Assembly (NCBI GenBank): GCA_031423255.1
Contig: JANPFD010000042.1
Span: 24,356 to 88,355 of the forward strand
Length of the DNA stretch: 64,000 bases
Reading direction: 5' to 3'
Source of the DNA: Myxococcales bacterium
Lineage (GTDB): Bacteria > Myxococcota_A > Polyangia > Fen-1088
Positions 1 to 8,573 of this stretch are shown here, piece after piece. Below the pieces are notes generated by a model that was given only the letters and a program-made list of their open reading frames with translations, made no database searches and was not told the DNA's origin. The position numbers and the translations under genes are program-made. Numbering within the stretch: position 1 is the stretch's first letter; every line of letters starts with the position of its first letter.

Positions 1-570
1 GGCATCGCCGTCGATCAGATCACGCTCGTGCCCGATGCCCCGTGCGCATCGGGCTGCACCACCCTCCCGACGTGGTACGAGCGAAGCACGCAGGGGGCGA
101 ACGAGGGCGCCGCCTGCCACCGCGCCTTCATCTGCTGCGATGCCGAGCCGGTGCCGGACAAGCGCGTCTGCGACCGGGTATCGTCTTGCTACGAGAACCT
201 TCGCATCCAGCATCTGCCTGCGCAGCTCGGCCGTCTGACTGCGGGGGCTTTCGCCAGCAGCGCCTTTCTCGAGTTCGCGGTCGCACACCGCTCGCCGGTA
301 CAATCCGCCTGGTCTCAGACGTGGCTGACGATCGGCGACTTCGACTGTGGCTTCAAGTGCATCTTCATCTATCAGGGGTTCACGTTCCCGCCGGACGGGA
401 CGTACCGGACTTTCCAGATCCCGCTACGGCATCTCAGGAACCGCTATGGGCTTCTTCTGTCCTTCGAGGAGATGCGAGCCCGCAAGTTCACGGTGGCGGA
501 GTTCGCCGTCGGCGGCAACTGGACCGCGGGGGCCGAAGTGCGCGTCGATTCGATCCGGGTGCGCTGGTGA
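1..570 (+). CDS. Hypothetical protein, C-terminal part. The reading frame is open from base 1, so the gene probably starts upstream of the window.
   Basis: Frame 1 is open from position 1 with no stop until 570. The track calls an internal GTG at 28. No recognisable motif. It converges on the regulator gene ending at 573. Confidence 0.3.
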   Translation, partial: GIAVDQITLVPDAPCASGCTTLPTWYERSTQGANEGAACHRAFICCDAEPVPDKRVCDRVSSCYENLRIQHLPAQLGRLTAGAFASSAFLEFAVAHRSPVQSAWSQTWLTIGDFDCGFKCIFIYQGFTFPPDGTYRTFQIPLRHLRNRYGLLLSFEEMRARKFTVAEFAVGGNWTAGAEVRVDSIRVRW

Positions 571-572
571 CG

Positions 573-1976
573 CTACTTGTTCTGCGGGCCGCTGCGCGCG
601 CGGAGCATCTGGAAGTAGCGACGGCCGATCCCCGAGGCAGCCGCCGCGGCGGCCACGTCGCCGCTGTGACGACCCAGCAGATGGGTGACGTACCGTCGCT
701 CGAACTCCTCGACGACGCGATCGCGGGCCCGGGGAAATGGGACTCCGGAGAAAACCATCTGCTCGAGAAAATCGGCCGTCGGAGGCAGCGGTGAGCCTGC
801 TCCCGGGACACCGCGTCCGGCCTGGTGCTCGTCGGCGAGATCCCCCAGCGCCAGCTGGCGAGCCACGGCGTTGCGCAGTTCCCGCACGTTGCCCGGCCAC
901 GGGTAGTCCTCCCAGCGGGTGAGTGTGTCCCTGGGAAGCTGCGCGGGTGGGCCCTGCATCTGCTCCCAGAAGTGGCGGGCCAGCACCGCCACGTCGCCGG
1001 CGCGGCGACGAAGCGGCGGCAACTCGATGCGGGCGACGGCGAGGCGGTGGAACAGGTCCTCGCGGAAGCGGCCGGCCTGAACCTCGCGATCGAGATCGCG
1101 GCGCGTGGCGACGAGCAGGCGCACGTCCGCCTTGATCACGCGATCACCGCCGACCCGCCGGATCTCGGAGCGTTCGATGGCCCGCAGCAGCTTCGGCTGC
1201 AGCGCCAGATCCATATCGCCGATCTCGTCGATGAACAGCGTTCCGCCCTGGGCCTGCTCGAAGACGCCGGCGTGGGTGGCGATCGCGGTGGTGAATGCGC
1301 CGCGCTCATGGCCGAACAACTCGGACTCGATGAGGCTCGGAGCTACCGAGGTACAGTCGAATACGACGAAGGGACCCGAGGCGCGCGGCCCCTGTTCGTG
1401 GAGCGCCTCGGCGAGCACCTCCTTGCCCGTACCGGTTTCGCCTTCGATGATCACGGGAACGTCCGAGAGCGCCAGTCGCTTGCACATCGGATAGAGCCGC
1501 CGCATCTCGGGGCTGGCGCCGACGAGGCGGCCAAACTGTTCCTCGGGCGGCAGGGGCCGGGCGCGTGCAGAAGCCTCGGCTCGATCGACGCGCAGGAGGG
1601 TGGCGCCGACCCGGACCAGCTCGCCGCCGCCCAGGTACGCTTCGCTGATGCGCACGCGATCGACCCAGGTCCCGTTCGTCGAGCCGAGATCGGTCAGCCG
1701 CAGCTCGCCTCCGACGGCTTCCAGGGCGGCGTGGCGGCGCGACACCTGTGTGTCGCTGAGCTTCAGGTCGCACGCCGGACCCTGACCGAGCAGCACGCGC
1801 CCCGGGTGGGCATCGTCGCCGCTGATGGTGAAGCTACGGCCTTTGTCCGGCCCTTCCGTGACGAGCAAGAAGAACGGGGTTTCCTCCGCCTGCGAAAGGG
1901 CCGGCGACGCACGCAGCTCGGTGCGCAGGGACTCGGTTTCGTCGTTGTCGCCCTTCACGAGCGGCAACTGTATCAT
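573..1976 (-). CDS. Sigma-54-dependent transcriptional activator with an N-terminal FHA domain
   Basis: N-terminal FHA-like segment (RSFTISGDDAHPGRVLLG...VSRRHAALE...LTDLGSTNGTWVD). Central AAA+ sigma-54 interaction domain (GETGTGKEVLAEALH, GAFTTA, LFIDEIGDMDLALQPKLLRAIE). C-terminal HTH. Confidence 0.85.
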   Translation of the reverse strand: MIQLPLVKGDNDETESLRTELRASPALSQAEETPFFLLVTEGPDKGRSFTISGDDAHPGRVLLGQGPACDLKLSDTQVSRRHAALEAVGGELRLTDLGSTNGTWVDRVRISEAYLGGGELVRVGATLLRVDRAEASARARPLPPEEQFGRLVGASPEMRRLYPMCKRLALSDVPVIIEGETGTGKEVLAEALHEQGPRASGPFVVFDCTSVAPSLIESELFGHERGAFTTAIATHAGVFEQAQGGTLFIDEIGDMDLALQPKLLRAIERSEIRRVGGDRVIKADVRLLVATRRDLDREVQAGRFREDLFHRLAVARIELPPLRRRAGDVAVLARHFWEQMQGPPAQLPRDTLTRWEDYPWPGNVRELRNAVARQLALGDLADEHQAGRGVPGAGSPLPPTADFLEQMVFSGVPFPRARDRVVEEFERRYVTHLLGRHSGDVAAAAAASGIGRRYFQMLRARSGPQNK

Positions 1977-1982
1977 TTTCGC

Positions 1983-2117
1983 TCAGATTCCTGCCTTCAG
2001 GAGCGGCAGGAAATCGCCGGACTGTTCACGCAACCCGGGCATCATGCCTCTGGCGTAAACATCGAAGATGAATTGCGAGCCGTAGCCCAGGGAGCCGTTG
2101 CTCTCGTACTCCGATCG
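1983..2117 (-). pseudogene. Remnant of a DUF1552 C-terminus (about 45 codons), truncated at its 5' end
   Basis: The translation ...RSEYESNGSLGYGSQFIFDVYARGMMPGLREQSGDFLPLLKAGI closely matches the C-terminus of the intact DUF1552 gene at 3418..4959 (...RPEYESGGSLGYGTQFVFDRYAGGMASGLWQQSGDFLPLLRAA). The DNA at 1983-2117 and 3418-3555 is visibly similar. Upstream of this stretch the frame runs into unrelated sequence. Confidence 0.5.
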
Positions 2118-2138
2118 CGGAACCCCTTCTCCGGCACG

Positions 2139-2420
2139 GTGGCCTGCAAAGGCATGTCCGCGGTGCCTCTCAACGAGTGGACGCACCTCGCCGGCACCTG
2201 GGATGGCAGCACCGCCACGCTGTACGTCAACGGCAAGTCGGCCTGCTCGTTTCCACGGCTGATCAACCTGGGCCTGCCGCGTGACACCACGCCGCTGATC
2301 ATCGGCGGTAACGCCCACACCTCCGCTGACGAGGCGACCGAGAACTTCAATGGCCTGCTCGACGAGGTGGCCATCTACCGCCGCGCGCTCTCGGCGACCG
2401 AGATCCTGCGTCTCATGTGA
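2139..2420 (+). pseudogene. Remnant of a LamG/concanavalin-A-like domain (C-terminal about 93 codons), truncated at its 5' end
   Basis: ...NEWTHLAGTWDGSTATLYVNGKSA...FNGLLDEVAIYRRALSATEILRLM matches the repeated motif W-H-x-(A/G)-x-Y-D-G...(Y/F)-(V/I)-(D/N)-G...(I/V)-D-E-V-R-(I/L)-Y-N-R-A-L-S, which occurs in the intact LamG genes at 27631, 41819 and 50989. No N-terminal half or signal peptide is present. Confidence 0.5.
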
Positions 2421-2476
2421 GCCGGACTGCGGTGGGTCAGGCATAGCAGCCGACAGGTGACATCACGGATGTTCCG

Positions 2477-3421
2477 TCAGCTCGCCCCGCTGCCCCAGCG
2501 CAGCCGGGCGATCCGGATCCCGTCCAGCGTGTTGAGCAGCGAGGCGATGTACGTCTGCCCTTGATGCTCGAACACCTCCGGCGCCGCCAGGGGCAACGTG
2601 CCCAGGCGATAGCGATCGTCGTTGATGCCGAAGTTCAGCGGATCGGGCGAGGCGTACACGGTGGTCTGCGCCTTCGCGCCGTACTTCTGGGTGCGGAACA
2701 GGTAGAACAGGTTGCCGCGCTGGACGACGAAGGGACACTCGGCCGCGTAAGGGCCGTCGCCAGCCGCCCCGCCTGAAGCCACTTTCTTGGGCCCGGCCCA
2801 GGTCTTCAGATCGGGCGACGTCCAGAGGTAGACCACGCCGTGCTGATCGAGATGGGCGGTGGTGTAACAGTGGTAGGTGCCGCCGATCTTGATCACCATC
2901 GGGTCGCGACAGTTCTCCTCGTCGCCGCCGATGCCGAACATGCCCGCCTTGCCGTTCGGCTGGAGCTGGCGGGCGAAGGTCTTGCCATCGGCGCTGGTGG
3001 CGCGGCAGATCTTCTGCCAGTCGCCGTAGAACATCTCGTACTGCTTGCCGACCGGCAAGACGTAGGGCGCCTGCAGGCCCCAGGGCGTCTCGCCGAAATT
3101 CGTGTCAGCCTCCAGGCCGTTGCCCATGGGCTGCCAGTCGGGATCGGTCAGCTTCGCCCCTTGCCAGCGGTAGAAGACACGGGTCTTGCCGCTGTACCTG
3201 GTGCCGCGTACGCAGGACCAGAGCTGCCAGGTGCCGTCGGCCGCCTGCCAGATGCCGAAGTCGACCGGCTGCTGCTTGGGGTTGGTGAAGGGACCGAGAT
3301 CGGGCTGGTGGGAGATGATCCAGCCGTCGTCCTCGGGCTCGGGCATCGGCGACGCGGCGGCGAAGGAGCGGCGTCCCACGAGGAGTCCTGCGGCGCCCAC
3401 GAACCTGCGACGGCTGATCAT
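2477..3421 (-). CDS. Tat-exported glycoside-hydrolase-like five-bladed beta-propeller protein (GH43/GH32/GH130-like), 314 aa
   Basis: Twin-arginine signal (MISRRRFVGAAGLL). Repeated W/DP-rich blade-like segments typical of GH43-type propellers. The start ATG overlaps the stop of the upstream DUF1552 gene (ATGA), implying translational coupling. Confidence 0.4.
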   Translation of the reverse strand: MISRRRFVGAAGLLVGRRSFAAASPMPEPEDDGWIISHQPDLGPFTNPKQQPVDFGIWQAADGTWQLWSCVRGTRYSGKTRVFYRWQGAKLTDPDWQPMGNGLEADTNFGETPWGLQAPYVLPVGKQYEMFYGDWQKICRATSADGKTFARQLQPNGKAGMFGIGGDEENCRDPMVIKIGGTYHCYTTAHLDQHGVVYLWTSPDLKTWAGPKKVASGGAAGDGPYAAECPFVVQRGNLFYLFRTQKYGAKAQTTVYASPDPLNFGINDDRYRLGTLPLAAPEVFEHQGQTYIASLLNTLDGIRIARLRWGSGAS

Positions 3422-4959
3422 GCGGCCCTCAGGAGCGGGAGGAAATCACCGGACTGCTGCCACAACCCGGACGCCATTCCTCCGGCGTAGCGGTCGAAGA
3501 CGAACTGTGTTCCGTACCCGAGAGAGCCACCGCTCTCGTATTCCGGGCGTGGAATCCCCATCGCCTGCAGGAGCGTGCCCAGGAATCGGTTCCAGGTGAG
3601 CCCGATCTGCCGTGGGAATCCGAGATAGTTTTCCGCCGGGCGCAGGGTGTGGCGGAAATCGATGTACTTGCCGCTGCTGATCGCGCCCGCTCCGCCACCC
3701 ATGAGCACGACCGGCATGCCCATGTTGGCGTGAGTCCGCTCGGCGCACTCCACCGCCCAGGCCACGACCGTGTTGTCGAGCGCGGTGACGCCCGGTGATT
3801 CCTCGCTATCGAGCTTCCGCGCCAGGTCCAGCACCGCGTTGCGGAACAGGCTCCGGCTCGTCTCTACGATCAGCGCCTGGTTGGTGGGATCCGACGAGGC
3901 GTGCGTGATGCTGTTGTGCCACACTCCCGGGTCCCAGGTGCGTGAGGAGAAGTAGTGTTCTGGCACCTGGATGGTCGCCAGGCGCGTGTATCCGCACAGG
4001 AACGCCGCGGCGATGATCGAGTTCTGGAGCTGGAACCTCTGGATGCTGCCGCGGGTGCTGACGGGCGGCGCCGCGGTGTCCCTGCACGCGCCGATCGGGG
4101 CCGAGCTCGTGGACTTGATCTGGCGTTCCAGCTCGTCGAGCCGGCTCATGTGCGCCTCGAGCCGTTGCCGGTCGAGCTGCGACATGCGCCGACTGCTCCT
4201 GCTGAGCCGACGGTAGCTTTCGATGACGCGGTCGACGATCAGTGGCCGTCCTGGCGCAGGCGGCGGGACTGCCCCCACACCGCCCGAGAACAGCTTGCTG
4301 AACAGCGCGGCCGGGTCCGACTGGACGCCGGTGGTGTCGACGATGTCGCCGGTTCGGCTCGCTGGATTCGCGTAGTTGTAGGTGAGACCCCAGTTCGTGC
4401 CGCCGCCGTCCCCGGTGTGCACCGAACGCTGGCGCACCCCCGCGAGGGTTCTGTAGAACGAGGCGGACCAGGCCATCACCTGGTCGATGGTGGGAAACGG
4501 CGCCTTGATCGCCGGGAACCTCTGGTCTCCGGTGCTGCGGTGAAGCGTCCCGAGCCAGGTGATGTGGTGGCCCACGCCGTAGGGCATGTCGAGGCCCCGG
4601 AACACGCTCAGGCGACTCGCCATCCGATCGGTCAGCTCGGTCGAGGGCGCGCGAAGCACCGCCGACAGAACGGCGTCGGTCCCTTCGAGGGTGCGCACCA
4701 GGCGCCCCTGCCGGACGGTGTGGCCAGGCAGGATCTCCTGCGGAGCCCCGAGCGTCTGGTCCGAGGGAAACATGTTCACGTCGTTGATGCCGCCATTGAA
4801 CGAGTTGATGGCGACGAACTTCGGCTGGCGAGCGAGCGTCGGTTCCACGGCCCAGGCCTTGCCGGGCACCAGCGACGGCAGGAACGGCAGTGCCAGGCTG
4901 AAGCCGCCGGCACCCTGCAGCACCTGACGCCTCGTGACGGTGATCGTCCGCTTCTTCAT
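3418..4959 (-). CDS. DUF1552 family protein, Tat-exported (copy 1)
   Basis: Tat signal MKKRTITVTRRQVLQGAGGFSLALPF preceded by a GGAGAA ribosome-binding site. Full-length paralogue of the genes at 8574 and 56656. C-terminal ...GSLGYGTQFVFDRY...SGDFLPLLRAA motif. The track ORF begins 30 nt earlier, but the MKK start with the RBS is preferred. Confidence 0.75.
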   Translation of the reverse strand: MKKRTITVTRRQVLQGAGGFSLALPFLPSLVPGKAWAVEPTLARQPKFVAINSFNGGINDVNMFPSDQTLGAPQEILPGHTVRQGRLVRTLEGTDAVLSAVLRAPSTELTDRMASRLSVFRGLDMPYGVGHHITWLGTLHRSTGDQRFPAIKAPFPTIDQVMAWSASFYRTLAGVRQRSVHTGDGGGTNWGLTYNYANPASRTGDIVDTTGVQSDPAALFSKLFSGGVGAVPPPAPGRPLIVDRVIESYRRLSRSSRRMSQLDRQRLEAHMSRLDELERQIKSTSSAPIGACRDTAAPPVSTRGSIQRFQLQNSIIAAAFLCGYTRLATIQVPEHYFSSRTWDPGVWHNSITHASSDPTNQALIVETSRSLFRNAVLDLARKLDSEESPGVTALDNTVVAWAVECAERTHANMGMPVVLMGGGAGAISSGKYIDFRHTLRPAENYLGFPRQIGLTWNRFLGTLLQAMGIPRPEYESGGSLGYGTQFVFDRYAGGMASGLWQQSGDFLPLLRAA

Positions 4960-5103
4960 GGTGATTCTCCAACGCAAGACCGCGGCCATGTCCCGCGACG
5001 TTCAACCCCGCGAAACCACGGGTCGGTCATCGGCCTTCGGTGAAGAGGGCCTGCGTACGACGAAGGAATCCTTCGTCGGGTGACGGTACGCGTCGCGCGT
5101 ATC

Positions 5104-6774
5104 ATGGGACGCCCCGTGAAGCCCTGCATCCTCCTCCTCGCATCGGCCGTCGCGTGTGCCCACACCGCGGACCCGCGGCCGCCGTTTGGCGTGGTCGAGG
5201 CGACGATCCCGCAGATGCGCGTGGCGATGGAGCAGAGGCGCGTGACCTCGCGGCAGCTGGTCCTCTCGTCGCTGGCGCGCATCGCGACTTACGAGGACAG
5301 ACTGAACGCCGTGATCACCGTCAGCCGCGAGGCGCTTGCGGAGGCCGATGCCCGCGACCGCGAGCGCGCGCAGGGAAAGATCCGCGGCCCCCTTCACGGC
5401 ATCCCGATCGCGCTCAAGGACAACATCCACACCCGGGACATGCCGACCACCGGCGGCGCGCTGGCGTTCGAGGGGCTGGTGCCGCCGTACGAGGCGACGC
5501 TGACAGGTCACCTTCGTCGTGCCGGGGCCGTCATCATCGCCAAGACGGGCATGACCGAGCTGGCCAACTGGGTCGGCGCCGGCATGCCCGGCTGCTACAA
5601 CGCTCTCGCTGGTCACGGCATGAACCCGTATGACCCGCGGCGCGATCCCCGGGACGCGACCTCCGACGGACGCCCGGCGCTCGCGGCCAGCGGCTCCACC
5701 TCGGGCATCGGCACGGCCGCCAGCTTCTGGGCGGCGAACGTCGGCACCGAGACCGCCGGCTCTCTGCTGAGCCCGGCGAGCCAGACCATGCTGGTGGCGA
5801 TCAAGCCGACCGTCGGGCGTGTCAGTCGGTACGGCGTCATTCCGCTCACCGCCGACCAGGACACGCCGGGGCCGATGGCCAGGACGGTGACCGATGCCGC
5901 GATCGTGCTGGGTGTGCTGGAGGGTGAGGGGCCCGATCCCGGCGATCCGGCGACGACCCGATGTCCGACCGGCGGCGACTACGGGCGCTTCCTGGACGCC
6001 GGCGCCCTGCGGGGCGCGCGCATCGGCATCCCGCGCGCCTTCTTCTATGACCGTGTTGCGGGCGCGGACCAGCCACGAGGTGGCCTGGATGGTGCGGAGG
6101 CACGATTGATGGCCGAGGTGATCGACGTCCTGAGGAAGCAGGGCGCGTCCCTCGTCGATCCAGCCGACATCCCGAGCATCGTGACCCAGGATCCCGAGGA
6201 CAGTTTCCTGCGCTGGCCGATCTGCGGCGGTAGCAGGCGCACGGACTGCTCGGTGGCTTTCACCTACGGGATGAAGCGCGATTTCAACGCCTGGTTGCGG
6301 TCGCTCGGTGGCGTCGCGCCGGTGAAGACCCTGGCCGAACTGCGCGCCTGGAATCTCGCGCACGCGAAGGGGGGCGCCATCAGGTACGGGCAGGCGCAGC
6401 TCGATGCCTCGGACGAGATCGACATCGAGACGGACCGCGTGCGCTATCGACACGATCGAGCCAAGGACCTGCGGCTGGCGGCCACCACCGGAATCGACGC
6501 CGCCATGAGCGAGCACCGGCTGGACGCTCTGCTCTTCCCGGGGGCCAGCGGCGCAGCCATCGCCGCCCGGGTGGGCTACCCGTCGGTGATCGTTCCGGCG
6601 GGTTTCGTGCCGAACGCGCCGACGCCGCCGTTCCCCGCGGGTTTCGCCGCTCGGCCGTCGCCCTACGGCGTGACGTTCACGGGTCGCGCCTGCAGCGAGC
6701 CGCGGCTGATCGCGCTGGCGTTTGCCTTCGAGCAAGCGACGCACCGGCGGGTGCCTCCGCCGTCCATGCCCTGA
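5104..6774 (+). CDS. Amidase (amidase-signature family), probably secreted
   Basis: Amidase-signature Gly/Ser-rich motif (GGSSGG-type; here LAASGSTSGIGTAASFWAANVGTETAGS). N-terminal hydrophobic signal MGRPVKPCILLLASAVACA. Length 556 aa. Confidence 0.75.
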   Translation: MGRPVKPCILLLASAVACAHTADPRPPFGVVEATIPQMRVAMEQRRVTSRQLVLSSLARIATYEDRLNAVITVSREALAEADARDRERAQGKIRGPLHGIPIALKDNIHTRDMPTTGGALAFEGLVPPYEATLTGHLRRAGAVIIAKTGMTELANWVGAGMPGCYNALAGHGMNPYDPRRDPRDATSDGRPALAASGSTSGIGTAASFWAANVGTETAGSLLSPASQTMLVAIKPTVGRVSRYGVIPLTADQDTPGPMARTVTDAAIVLGVLEGEGPDPGDPATTRCPTGGDYGRFLDAGALRGARIGIPRAFFYDRVAGADQPRGGLDGAEARLMAEVIDVLRKQGASLVDPADIPSIVTQDPEDSFLRWPICGGSRRTDCSVAFTYGMKRDFNAWLRSLGGVAPVKTLAELRAWNLAHAKGGAIRYGQAQLDASDEIDIETDRVRYRHDRAKDLRLAATTGIDAAMSEHRLDALLFPGASGAAIAARVGYPSVIVPAGFVPNAPTPPFPAGFAARPSPYGVTFTGRACSEPRLIALAFAFEQATHRRVPPPSMP

Positions 6775-6915
6775 CGCGCATCACCCCGGCAGCCCCGCGA
6801 TCGAAATCTTCGTCGAGCGAAGCGCGGCTTCGCCAGCTCGCCGAGTCGACTGAATCCTTTCGTGCCGTTAGCCGCACGTGGCGCTGGAACCCGTCTTGCA
6901 ATCCGTCCCGCCCCC

Positions 6916-8559
6916 ATGAGGCACCTGTTCGTCGCGGTCACCCTCGCCGGTTGCGTGGGCAACATCGGGGCCGGGACCGAGCCAGCCTCGTCCGACGACC
7001 CCGAGCGGCGGCCGGGCGACTCTCCTCTGTCCACTCCGTTCACGCCATCCATGCCGTCCATGCCGTCCGCGCCGTCGGCGTGTGCGGCAATCCCGAAGCG
7101 CATCTGGAAGCTGACGCCCGAGCAGTACGATCGGACGGTCAGGGAGCTGATCCCGGGCGCGCCTCGGACCGCGGCCGAGCTGAACGCCTCGCTCGGGCTC
7201 GGCCCGTACGATCTCGCCAGCGTGGCCAGCCGCCTGGAGATGCCCCAGCCGCACGTCGATGCGCTTCTTCAGACGGCCGGCGACCTGGCGCACCTGGCGA
7301 CAGGCGACCTCGCCCGGCTGTCCCCCTGCCTGGCGGTCGCCACGGTGACGGAGAGCTGCGTACGGGCATTCATCACCGCCTTCGGGACGAAGGCGTTCCG
7401 GCGGCCGATGGTGCCGGTGGAGACAGACCAGTACGTCGCATTCTTCACCAGGCAGCGCGGCCTCCCGCTCGCCGTGCGCGAGGCGCTGGCCGACGTCATC
7501 CAGCTGTTGTTGATGGCTCCGGACTTTCTCTACCGGACCGAGCTGGGCGCCCCGATGACCGGACACGAGCGCGCGTCGTATCTGTCGTACGTGCTGGCGG
7601 GCGGCCCTCCGGACGCCGCGCTGCTGGCCGCGGCGGCTTCGGGACGGCTGGCGACGCCCGCCGGGGTCGACACCGAAACCCGCCGTCTTCTGGCCGCCCC
7701 GCAGACGGGCGCGGGTCTGACGCGCTTCCTCGAGAACCACACCCATGCGAACGCGGTGCGGGTGGTCGACAAGGACGCCAGGCTGGCGCCGGACTTCACC
7801 ACCGAGCTGAGGGCCGACATGGCTCGCGAGACTGGGCTGTTCTTCGAGGAGGTCCTGTGGCGTGGCGACGCCCGGCTGGCCACGCTGCTGGCCGCGGACT
7901 ACTCGGTGATCGACGACCGTCTGGCACGGATCTATGGCGTGGCGGCGCCGCCGGCGATGCAGTTCGTGAAGACCCCGCTGCCCGGGCGCGCCGGCTTCCT
8001 CACCCACCCGAGTCTGCTGGCGGGCCTGACCCACGACAACACCGACTTGAACCTCTTCCGCGGCAAGTTCGTGCGGGCCACGCTGCTGTGCGGGCCCGAG
8101 CTCCAGCTTCCCCAGAACATCGTCTTCCCTCCCGACCAGCCGGGGCTCACCAACCGCGAGCGGTCGCGCGGGCGCCTCGCGGACGCTGCCTGCGCCGGAT
8201 GCCACCGCTTGATGGATGGGATCGGCTACGCCTACGAGGGCTTCGATCTGATCGGGCGGCCTCGCGCCACCGAGCTGGGCAAGCCGATCGACACCAGCGG
8301 CACCGTGTTCGCGACCTCGCGGGGCGATCTGGCCTACGGCAACGCGCAGGAGCTGGGGCGCCTGCTGGGTGACCTGCCCGATGTTCAGCAGTGCGTGGTG
8401 GCGGGGTTGGTCGGCCACGCGACGGGCCGCACCGAGGCCGCCGAGAACCGTTGCATGGCCGACAAGCTCCGGGCCTCGTTCGATGCCACCCAGGGAAACC
8501 TGCGCGAGATGTTCCTGGCGCTGGTGACGACCCCGAGCTTCTTCTCGCGCGCACCCTAG
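6916..8559 (+). CDS. Lipoprotein of the DUF1592/DUF1588/DUF1585 class with a CxxCH haem-binding motif (copy 1)
   Basis: Lipobox MRHLFVAVTLAGC. CxxCH at CAGCHRLMDGIGYAYEGFD. Paralogue of the gene at 54969 (CPGCHTLMDGIGLGLEGYD). Immediately followed by a DUF1552 gene. Confidence 0.7.
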   Translation: MRHLFVAVTLAGCVGNIGAGTEPASSDDPERRPGDSPLSTPFTPSMPSMPSAPSACAAIPKRIWKLTPEQYDRTVRELIPGAPRTAAELNASLGLGPYDLASVASRLEMPQPHVDALLQTAGDLAHLATGDLARLSPCLAVATVTESCVRAFITAFGTKAFRRPMVPVETDQYVAFFTRQRGLPLAVREALADVIQLLLMAPDFLYRTELGAPMTGHERASYLSYVLAGGPPDAALLAAAASGRLATPAGVDTETRRLLAAPQTGAGLTRFLENHTHANAVRVVDKDARLAPDFTTELRADMARETGLFFEEVLWRGDARLATLLAADYSVIDDRLARIYGVAAPPAMQFVKTPLPGRAGFLTHPSLLAGLTHDNTDLNLFRGKFVRATLLCGPELQLPQNIVFPPDQPGLTNRERSRGRLADAACAGCHRLMDGIGYAYEGFDLIGRPRATELGKPIDTSGTVFATSRGDLAYGNAQELGRLLGDLPDVQQCVVAGLVGHATGRTEAAENRCMADKLRASFDATQGNLREMFLALVTTPSFFSRAP

Positions 8560-8573
8560 CTGGAGGAGAGATC

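Noticed and set aside
825-2420. 531-aa plus-strand ORF
   Set aside because: Its 5' 1.1 kb is antisense to the sigma-54 activator. Only its last about 280 nt carry a real LamG-like signal, annotated separately as a remnant.
3806-5043. ORFs 3806..5005 (minus strand) and 3955..5043 (plus strand)
   Set aside because: Out-of-frame or antisense to the DUF1552 gene. No motifs.
5002-6744. 580-aa ORF on the minus strand
   Set aside because: Entirely antisense to the well-supported amidase gene. Arg/Gly/Ala-rich composition typical of out-of-frame translation of 70 % GC DNA.
8391-8573. N-terminal extension of the DUF1552 ORF to 8391, and similarly 56398 and 27127 for their respective genes
   Set aside because: The extensions overlap the upstream genes. 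Internal ATGs with ribosome-binding sites immediately precede genuine Tat or lipoprotein signals.
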